Source of the DNA: Candidatus Omnitrophota bacterium
GTDB taxonomy: Bacteria; Omnitrophota; Omnitrophia; Omnitrophales; Aquincolibacteriaceae
DNA: 64,000 nt
Assembly (NCBI GenBank): GCA_043732705.1
Contig: JAYTHE010000032.1
Location: forward strand, 2,005-66,004
Reading direction: 5' to 3'
Shown: positions 1 to 7,212 of the stretch, in pieces
Position numbering within the stretch: position 1 is the first letter of the stretch
Layout: each line of letters opens with the position of its first letter
Position numbers and translations under genes: made by a program
The notes under the pieces: model-generated
Database searches by the model: none
Told to the model about the DNA's origin: nothing
The model's input: only the letters and a program-made list of their open reading frames with translations

Positions 1-556
1 CAAAAAACAAACTATGGCGGGAATTAATTGGAGTGGTATTGCAAACTTGAGTGCAACAGGCGTGAATTGGAACGGAGTCAATCAGGTTGCTGGTCAAATG
101 ACATCGACTTTTACCCTTGCACAGTCAGTGGAAGGAACCTCCTTTAGTATTTTAAAAACAGTCAAGGAATTGCAGGATAAGATTGGCGGGTCTGATTCTG
201 ACCAAACGCTCTTTCAAAAAACGCAGGCAATGCAGTCTTTAATCGAGCAAGTTCAAACTTTGTCGGTTGATATCGCGAAAGATACGAAAGATAACGGCAA
301 AAAGGCGACCGACATTGTCAATAAGCTCGTTGAGCTGGCTAACAAGCAGGCAAAAGACTTAAAATTTGTCGGTGACGGAGTCAAAAAGTTAAGTAAGGAA
401 CAAGAAGAGAAGATGGGTGCGGTTCAGGATAAGTTGGCAGAAGTTAAAACTTATCTCAATGCGATCAAAGAGGCGACCGATTCTCGAGATAAATACAAGG
501 ATGACCAACAGCCGACAACTGCGGTTGTTCAGTCTTGGCTTGAAGCAAGCGAATAG
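1..556 (+). CDS. C-terminal part of a probably larger protein with G(I/V)NW repeats followed by a coiled-coil region (may be truncated by the window edge)
   Basis: The frame is open to the left edge (KKQT precedes the Met at 14). GINWSGIANLSAT-GVNWNGVNQ is a 13-residue repeat followed by a heptad-rich helical region. Stop TAG at 554-556. Confidence 0.6.
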   Translation, partial: KKQTMAGINWSGIANLSATGVNWNGVNQVAGQMTSTFTLAQSVEGTSFSILKTVKELQDKIGGSDSDQTLFQKTQAMQSLIEQVQTLSVDIAKDTKDNGKKATDIVNKLVELANKQAKDLKFVGDGVKKLSKEQEEKMGAVQDKLAEVKTYLNAIKEATDSRDKYKDDQQPTTAVVQSWLEASE

Positions 557-650
557 ACTGATAATCAGGAAGAACAGGCTCAAAAAACCCCACATTAAGC
601 CGTTAATATATTAAGTTCTTTTGATTTTAATCCAATTTGAATGGATATGA

Positions 651-2042
651 ATGGTTGCACAGTCAGTTTTTAAAATAACTCATTTTTCAGACGCATCCCG
701 CAGATTTATTTCAGCGGGATTGCTTCTTCTTCTTTTTTTCTTTTGCCGGACTGGACTTTGCGAAGATTCGATTAAGATCAAAATTTTAGCCGTTAATCCC
801 TCCTCGACAAAAAGCCTCAAAACAAAAGTCGTCCAATATCTTCCTCCGGAAGTGGGGCCTGACGATGTGTTGGATAAAGAGGGGTTGGAGATTAAGTATG
901 ACTCCGAAAAAAGATCGTATTTAATTCAAAAAGAGGTTGAGCTTAAGCCCAGTGAAGCGCAAACAATAGAAGTGCGCGTTCGCAATGTTTGGATAATTAC
1001 TCCAGAGCAAATCGATGAAGTTAAATCTCAGCTCAAACAGAGTTCAGATGCGCTTGCCAAGACTAAATTTGCCGCAACAGGAAAACTTCTTTTCGATCGG
1101 GCGAGTGAGTCAATATCGCAAATTGAGGAAAATCAAGTAAAGCCGCTTGGGATTATGCAGAGAATAGATCTTTACCGCCTGAATGTGAAGCAGTTGGAAG
1201 ACTTAAAGCAGAATGCATTGTCGCTTGAAGCGATGAGAAAATTAGAAGAAGAAAAAAAAGCGGGCATCCGCGAAGTTAAGTTTGTTGTGAGCGCCGAAAA
1301 TCCTGCCGCGAAGGAAAAGAAGCTTTCCGTGCGTAGCGATCTTCCGAAGGATGTCAAGGCGGGGGATGTTTTGGAAAAAGGCGATTTCAAGCTTGTGTTT
1401 GACAATAGAAAATCACTCCTTTCGCTTGAGCGTGAAGACACTTTAGGGCCGCATGAAGTCAGAAAATATGAAATTATAATTCGCGACATTTGGTATATTC
1501 CCCAAAGTGAGCTCGATTTCTTAAAAGGAGAACTTGAAAAGCTGGTGCCTCTTTTTGATAAAAGCCCGTATGAAGATTTTGCCGCTAAGCAGAGTGAATT
1601 TGTTACGAAGTCGATTCAAGCCATTGTCGCATTGCAGGCTGAGGTCTCTTCTTCGGCCAGTTTGGATGATCGAATCCGTGCGCATGTTCTCAATGAGCAA
1701 CGCGAGAATTCGGCTAAACGAAGAATCAAGGAACTTCAAGATTTGCTTTCTGAGGTTACTCTCAAGCCCAATGAAAAGGAAGACAAGGGGCAGCTTCAGC
1801 AGATGATCAGAAAGCTGCTTGATCTGAAAAATAAAGTTCTGATCGCGCTTGGTACGCAGCCTAAAAAAACAGTGTTTTGGTGGTTCTTTCTTGGGGTTAT
1901 CTTTTTCTTAGCGGTCGTCACGATTATTTTTTATGGTACATGGCTTAAAAAGCTCCAGGATAACAAATGGGGCGTTCAACCCGCTAAAGGCAATCCCAAG
2001 TCCGAATCTAAAGATGAATCAGCGGCCGAACCTAAACCATGA
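651..2042 (+). CDS. Single-pass exported membrane protein with two tandem homologous domains
   Basis: N-terminal hydrophobic signal and C-terminal TM helix (FWWFFLGVIFFLAVVTIIFYG). Internal duplication: AVNPS..LPPEV..DDVLD..RNVWII versus AENPA..LPKDV..GDVLE..RDIWYI. The stop overlaps the alpha-like start (ATGA). Confidence 0.75.
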   Translation: MVAQSVFKITHFSDASRRFISAGLLLLLFFFCRTGLCEDSIKIKILAVNPSSTKSLKTKVVQYLPPEVGPDDVLDKEGLEIKYDSEKRSYLIQKEVELKPSEAQTIEVRVRNVWIITPEQIDEVKSQLKQSSDALAKTKFAATGKLLFDRASESISQIEENQVKPLGIMQRIDLYRLNVKQLEDLKQNALSLEAMRKLEEEKKAGIREVKFVVSAENPAAKEKKLSVRSDLPKDVKAGDVLEKGDFKLVFDNRKSLLSLEREDTLGPHEVRKYEIIIRDIWYIPQSELDFLKGELEKLVPLFDKSPYEDFAAKQSEFVTKSIQAIVALQAEVSSSASLDDRIRAHVLNEQRENSAKRRIKELQDLLSEVTLKPNEKEDKGQLQQMIRKLLDLKNKVLIALGTQPKKTVFWWFFLGVIFFLAVVTIIFYGTWLKKLQDNKWGVQPAKGNPKSESKDESAAEPKP

Positions 2043-3532
2043 CAGACTTAAAATACAAAGAATACGGAACTGTCAAAGCCGTTAGCGGTTGTATCGCAAA
2101 AGTAATCGGTCTGCAAAATTGTTTTTTGGGGCAGTTGGTCAAGCTCGGAAAAGGCGCGGAAGGAATTATCATGGGTTTCGATTTAGAAATCGCGCAAGTT
2201 TTGATTGTGAAAGAGGCCGAGCCTGTTAGCCCGGGATGTGAAGTGATCGGAACGTTGGAGCCGTTCAATATGCCGGTCGGGGCCAATACGATCGGAAGAA
2301 TCATGAACCCTTTGGGGGATGCGCTCGATGGATTGGGACCGATTTCATTTGATACGCGCATCCCTTACTTTAACGCCGCTCCGGCTATTATGGATCGTGA
2401 AGGTTTGGGCCGATCATTTGAAACCGGAGTGAAGCTGATCGATACCATGCTGCCTTTAGGTAAAGGACAGCGCTCATTGGTGTTGGGCGATAAGATGACA
2501 GGCAAGACAACAATTGGCACGGATATTATTGTGAATCAAAAGGGCAAAGATGTCATTTGCATTTATTGCGGTATTGGAAAAACAAAATCAGCCATGGGAC
2601 GAGTCATTGATATTTTTAAAGAAAACGGCTGTTTTGATTACACAATTATTTTGCTGGCAGCGGCATCTTCTTCGCCGGGATTACAGTATTTAGCGCCCTA
2701 CGCAGCTTGTTCGCTCGGAGAATATTTTATGTACCAGGGCAAAGATGTTTTTATTTTTTTTGATGATTTTACGACGCATGCCTGGGCCTATCGGGAATTA
2801 TCGCTCTTGATGGAAATTCCTCCAGGAAGAGACTCTTATCCGGGTGATATTTTTTATTTGCATTCGCGCATGATTGAACGCGCGGCCCAACTTGATAAAA
2901 AACACGGCGGAGGATCGATGACCTTTTTGCCGGTGGTTCAGCTTTTGGAAAGCGATATGACGGCTTATGTGCCGACTAATCTGGTTTCAATGACAGACGG
3001 ACAGCTCTCGTTAAACGCGCAGCTTTTTAATGAAAATTTTCGCCCGGCCGTGGATGTGGGGTTATCCGTTTCGCGCGTCGGAAGCCGTGTCCAATGGAAA
3101 GCGACCAAAGCGGTGACTAAGTCCTTGCGCATGGAATTCATTCAATATAAAGAATTAGTGCGTATGAGCAAACTCCAATCGGGAGGGTCGGACGAAACCC
3201 GCGAAACTTTGCGTTCAGGAAAAGTGCTTTCGGCGCTTCTCATGCAAGCGGCAGGCAAACCAGTTGCTCTCGAAATGGATATTATTATTTTTTACTCAAA
3301 AGATGTCGGTCTTTTTAAAAAAATGGAAGCCCAGCATGCTCCCGAGTTTCTGAAGGGGCTTGAAGCCTATGTGGAAAAAACAGATTCTTTGCTGCGCAGT
3401 GACATTCGCACCAAAAAAGATTTAACTGACGACTTGAAAGCAAGAATTAAAAAAATAATTGAACCCTATGTGAGCACTGTTATTAAGCAGGTGGATGACG
3501 CGAAAAAAGCCACGTTAGCTCAAATTCAATAA
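2039..3532 (+). CDS. atpA: Divergent F1-ATPase alpha-like subunit
   Basis: P-loop GDKMTGKT (canonical GDRQTGKT), PGRDSYPGDIFYLHSR, TDGQ, and GLSVSRVG with the arginine finger retained. N-terminus is short. Confidence 0.92.
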   Translation: MTDLKYKEYGTVKAVSGCIAKVIGLQNCFLGQLVKLGKGAEGIIMGFDLEIAQVLIVKEAEPVSPGCEVIGTLEPFNMPVGANTIGRIMNPLGDALDGLGPISFDTRIPYFNAAPAIMDREGLGRSFETGVKLIDTMLPLGKGQRSLVLGDKMTGKTTIGTDIIVNQKGKDVICIYCGIGKTKSAMGRVIDIFKENGCFDYTIILLAAASSSPGLQYLAPYAACSLGEYFMYQGKDVFIFFDDFTTHAWAYRELSLLMEIPPGRDSYPGDIFYLHSRMIERAAQLDKKHGGGSMTFLPVVQLLESDMTAYVPTNLVSMTDGQLSLNAQLFNENFRPAVDVGLSVSRVGSRVQWKATKAVTKSLRMEFIQYKELVRMSKLQSGGSDETRETLRSGKVLSALLMQAAGKPVALEMDIIIFYSKDVGLFKKMEAQHAPEFLKGLEAYVEKTDSLLRSDIRTKKDLTDDLKARIKKIIEPYVSTVIKQVDDAKKATLAQIQ

Positions 3533-3543
3533 AGAAGTCTATT

Positions 3544-3822
3544 GTGCCAAAAGCAAAGTTTCCGCTCGAGGTTGTGAGTACGGTGGGAATTATCTTTCAA
3601 GAGGATGTTGAGTCGGTTTATTTATTCGGGGCCGAAGGAGAGTTTGAGTTGCTGCCGTACCATTTTCCGCTTGTCGCCTCGCTGGTTTCAAGCGAGATTG
3701 TGATTCAGGGGTATGATTCTTTACCGATTCAGTCAGGTGTTGTGATGTTCAGGGATAATCAGTGTACGGTTATCGCCGAAATGCAGACTGGATTTAAAAA
3801 ACTAAAAAAGGCATGGTTTTAA
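3544..3822 (+). CDS. atpC: F1 epsilon-like subunit, N-terminal beta-sandwich only
   Basis: GTG start. GAEGEFELLPYHFPLVASL matches the epsilon GxxGxxGILPxHxPL motif. At 92 aa it has no C-terminal helical hairpin. Confidence 0.8.
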   Translation: MPKAKFPLEVVSTVGIIFQEDVESVYLFGAEGEFELLPYHFPLVASLVSSEIVIQGYDSLPIQSGVVMFRDNQCTVIAEMQTGFKKLKKAWF

Positions 3823-4041
3823 ATGGGGCAGAACGGAGCGGTTATTTTAGTCGTGATTTGCGCCGTGTTGGGGCCGGCAGCTGTTATCGCGGTGCTGGGT
3901 GCGGCCAGTATTAAAGCTTTGGGGCGAAATCCTTCCGCGGCGCCCAAAATTTATATGGGTGTAATTTTGATGCTTGTTTTCACTGAGGCAACTTCAATTA
4001 TGGCTTTGATGGTTATTTTTCATATTTTTGGGTCGAAATGA
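3823..4041 (+). CDS. atpE: F0 c-subunit-like proteolipid
   Basis: 72 aa with two hydrophobic helices, an RNP loop and an acidic residue in helix 2 (FTEATSI). Confidence 0.88.
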   Translation: MGQNGAVILVVICAVLGPAAVIAVLGAASIKALGRNPSAAPKIYMGVILMLVFTEATSIMALMVIFHIFGSK

Positions 4042-4063
4042 TTTGTAAGAAGGAACAAAACCT

Positions 4064-4789
4064 ATGATGCTTTTGCAATTTATTATTTTGCAGGTTGTTG
4101 TGTTCGGCGTGGTAATTTTCTTTTTAAAGAAAATATTTCATGGCGACACAAATAGCGCCATTCAGCGTTTAGGGAGTGTGCATCAAGATTTACTTCAAAA
4201 GCAAATCGAGCTTCAAAAGAAGAACGAAGAAATTGAAAAAGAACTGGAATTAAAACGGGAAGAGGCGAATGCTGTCGCCGAAAAAATGAGAGCGGAAGCC
4301 GCGGTCGAAATCCGCAAAAAAGAGGATGAAGTTTTGAAGGTGGCACGCACGCAGGCGGAAGAAATTATTAACAAAGCACAGTTGTCGCGTGAAGATATGG
4401 CTAAGGAAATTGAATCGCAGTTGAGCAGAAAAATGATCGGTTTTTCAGCGGAAGTCGTGAAGAAAATTATGAGTGACAAACTAGCGGCCGTGATTCATGG
4501 CGAGCTGGTTAGTGACTTTATTTTGAAAGCGAAAGGCATGGATTTGTCTTCCGCGGGCGGCGCTAATGAGATTTTTGTTGTTCGTACGCCGGTTCCTCTT
4601 AGAAAAGAAGAAATTGAAAAGATCAACGCCTTGCTTGCGAGTAAGCTCAACCGTGTTGTGCAATTCAGCGAGGTTCCTGACGCGGATTTAATCGCGGGGA
4701 TCGTAATGCAGTTTGGCTCACTGGTTCTTGACGGATCATTAACAAGTTTATTGCGCGACGCAGTCGAAAAAATTCAACAAAAATATTGA
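4064..4789 (+). CDS. F0 b subunit fused to a delta/OSCP C-terminal-like domain
   Basis: N-terminal TM, long charged coiled coil (AEEII..A), and a C-terminal VRTPVPL...DADLIAGIVMQFGSLVLDGSL segment typical of delta. Confidence 0.82.
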   Translation: MMLLQFIILQVVVFGVVIFFLKKIFHGDTNSAIQRLGSVHQDLLQKQIELQKKNEEIEKELELKREEANAVAEKMRAEAAVEIRKKEDEVLKVARTQAEEIINKAQLSREDMAKEIESQLSRKMIGFSAEVVKKIMSDKLAAVIHGELVSDFILKAKGMDLSSAGGANEIFVVRTPVPLRKEEIEKINALLASKLNRVVQFSEVPDADLIAGIVMQFGSLVLDGSLTSLLRDAVEKIQQKY

Positions 4790-4813
4790 TTTCTCGGGAT
4801 GAAGAGGTTTTGA

Positions 4814-5719
4814 ATGGGAAAAGCAACCCGGTTAAAAGCTGAGCTTGAAGATGTCGGATCTTTGCTTGAGATTTTAACTGTTTTAAAGGATGTCTCATCG
4901 AACCGTTTTTTGGTTTATTCCGGAAAAAAAATACATTATCGAAGATTTGTAGAAATCTTTATGAGTTTTTTTGAGCTCTTGGACGGCTCTCAGACAACAA
5001 GTCCGATCGTTCATAACAAAAATCAAGGGACTGATATTCTCGTACTGACTTCAGAGCTTGGATTCATGTCGCAATTGAATAGCCGGGTTAGCACGGCGGC
5101 TCTCGAAGAATACAACAAGGATCCGAATTCACGGTTGATTTGCATCGGTCAACGAGGTTCGGAAAAATGTCGGAGTATGGGAATGGTAGTTGAGAAAATA
5201 TTTTCGCCGCCTGCGTCAGACGACCGTACCGAGTTGGCTTACCAGATCCGTGACTATTTGGTGGAAAGAGTAAATAGCGGAAAAACGGGAAAAGTAGCGA
5301 TGGCCTATGTTTGGGCAAAAAGTCTGGGTGTTTTGAAACCGGTGGTCATTCCGTTACTGCCGTTTCATGATGTTCAAGACCATCACCACAAAGAGCATAA
5401 AACAAAGAGAAAAACGGGATCCGGATTACCGCATAATATTATTTTTGAAACTCAAATTGATTCGATAGTCCTGACTTTAGCGAGTATCTGGGTGCATATG
5501 CGTCTTTTTGAAATGTTGAATGATTTGCAGATTGTCGAGGCCGCCGCGCAAGCCCATCAGCTTGAATCCGCAATTGAAAGTTTGAGCGGCGAAAAGAAAA
5601 AGGTGTTAATTGATTTTAGAAAAGCGACGCGCGAGCAATTGAATGCCGCGATGCGCGGAGTCATTACATCAACCAATATGACCAAAGCAAAAATCCGGGC
5701 TAAGGCAAAGCAAGGTTAA
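4814..5719 (+). CDS. atpG: Divergent F1 gamma-like subunit
   Basis: LVLTSELGF (canonical TSDxGL), IGQRG, long N- and C-terminal helices, and position between the b-delta and beta genes. Confidence 0.8.
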   Translation: MGKATRLKAELEDVGSLLEILTVLKDVSSNRFLVYSGKKIHYRRFVEIFMSFFELLDGSQTTSPIVHNKNQGTDILVLTSELGFMSQLNSRVSTAALEEYNKDPNSRLICIGQRGSEKCRSMGMVVEKIFSPPASDDRTELAYQIRDYLVERVNSGKTGKVAMAYVWAKSLGVLKPVVIPLLPFHDVQDHHHKEHKTKRKTGSGLPHNIIFETQIDSIVLTLASIWVHMRLFEMLNDLQIVEAAAQAHQLESAIESLSGEKKKVLIDFRKATREQLNAAMRGVITSTNMTKAKIRAKAKQG

Positions 5720-5723
5720 GTTT

Positions 5724-7211
5724 ATGAACCAAGATAATTCCATTCCCTCTGTTCAAGGCGCTGCCGAAGCAGAGGTTCCACGGCCCATTTCCGCCGTAAA
5801 ACCCTCTGAAATACCGCCCTGTTATGGGAAAATTATCGGGGTTCGCGGTCCTGTCGTGGATGTGCGGTTTGACCGCACAGAAGATATGCCCGCCACATAC
5901 GATATTTTAATCGGGCAGGGTTTTGATAAAAGAAAAATCGTCATTGAAGTCGCCGAACATCTTAGCAAAAATGATGTCCGCTGCATTTCACTCTCCGATA
6001 CTTTAAATCTGCAGCTCAACACCAAAGTCTTAAACACCCGGAAATCAGTCAGCATTCGAACAGGCGATGAGCTTTTTGGGCGAATCATTAACGTTTTTGG
6101 AGACCCAATTGATAATTTAGGGGAATTTAGCGGCGTTGATTTTCGAGTGACCCGTCGTCCTCCTCGTCCGGAACTCTTCAATATCAAAAGTAAATTTAGT
6201 TTGAAGCCTGAAGTGCTTGAAACCGGCATTAAATTTATGGATATTCTTTATCCGCTTTGCAAAGGCGGAAAAACGGGAATCCTCGGAGGCGCGGGCTGCG
6301 GTAAAAGTGTCGTGATTTTGGAATTGATCAATAATATCGTGAAGAAATACGACGGAGCCTGTGTTTTTGTCGGCATCGGTGAGCGTATCCGCGAAGGGAA
6401 TGATCTTTTCTATGAATTGAAAGAAAACCATCTTTTGCATCGCGTTAAACTTGTTTTTGGCCAAATGAATGAGCCGCCGGGTGCACGTTTTGAATGTGTG
6501 AATACCGGAATTACGCTCGCCGAAGATTTAGCGGAACAAAATAAAGACGTACTGTTATTCATGGACAATGTTTTTCGATTCATTCAGGGAGGTATGGAAA
6601 TTGCGGCTCTTTTGGGGCGTGTGCCGGGAGAATCAGGTTACCAGCCGACTTTGCAATCCGAGGTGAACGCCGTGCAGGAGCGCATCCGCTCGATTCCGGG
6701 CCGCGGATCGATTACATCGCTTCAAGCTGTTTATGTTCCTGCGGACGATATGACAGACCCCTCTGTTGTGTCCATTTTTAGCTGCTTGGATGGTGCGTTA
6801 GCGCTGTCCCGCGATTTGGCCCAGCGTGGTTTTTATCCGGCGATCGATGCTTTGAGAAGTTCCTGCACAAATCTTGATGCGCGCATTGTCGGTCAGCGTC
6901 AATACGATTTAAGTCAAAAAATGTTAGCGCTTTTTGCGAAGCATAATTCTCTGAAGCGCATTGTGCAGGTTGTGGGTGTTGAAGAACTTCCCAAAGATGA
7001 TCAATTAGATTATAAACGCGCCGAAAAATTAATTAACTTTATGACTCAACCGTTCACCGTCGGCGAAGCCTTTACAGGAAAAAAGGGCGAGTTTGTAAAA
7101 ACATCTGAGGCGGTTGATGACTGCGAGGCCATCATTAGTGGTGATTATGATAAGCTGGGCGCGCAAGAATTTTATCTTATCGGCCGGGCACCGCAGAAGA
7201 AGATGAAATAA
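5724..7211 (+). CDS. atpD: Divergent F1-ATPase beta-like subunit
   Basis: P-loop GGAGCGKS, GERIREG, GQMNEPPGAR, DNVFRF, GYQPTL, YVPADD. The DELSEED position reads EELPKDD. Confidence 0.94.
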   Translation: MNQDNSIPSVQGAAEAEVPRPISAVKPSEIPPCYGKIIGVRGPVVDVRFDRTEDMPATYDILIGQGFDKRKIVIEVAEHLSKNDVRCISLSDTLNLQLNTKVLNTRKSVSIRTGDELFGRIINVFGDPIDNLGEFSGVDFRVTRRPPRPELFNIKSKFSLKPEVLETGIKFMDILYPLCKGGKTGILGGAGCGKSVVILELINNIVKKYDGACVFVGIGERIREGNDLFYELKENHLLHRVKLVFGQMNEPPGARFECVNTGITLAEDLAEQNKDVLLFMDNVFRFIQGGMEIAALLGRVPGESGYQPTLQSEVNAVQERIRSIPGRGSITSLQAVYVPADDMTDPSVVSIFSCLDGALALSRDLAQRGFYPAIDALRSSCTNLDARIVGQRQYDLSQKMLALFAKHNSLKRIVQVVGVEELPKDDQLDYKRAEKLINFMTQPFTVGEAFTGKKGEFVKTSEAVDDCEAIISGDYDKLGAQEFYLIGRAPQKKMK

Positions 7212-7212
7212 T

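Noticed and set aside
2039-7211. Calling the cluster a standard F0F1 synthase or an N-ATPase
   Set aside because: The b-delta fusion resembles N-ATPases, but the gene order differs, atpB/atpQ/atpR are absent and c lacks the Na+ ligands.
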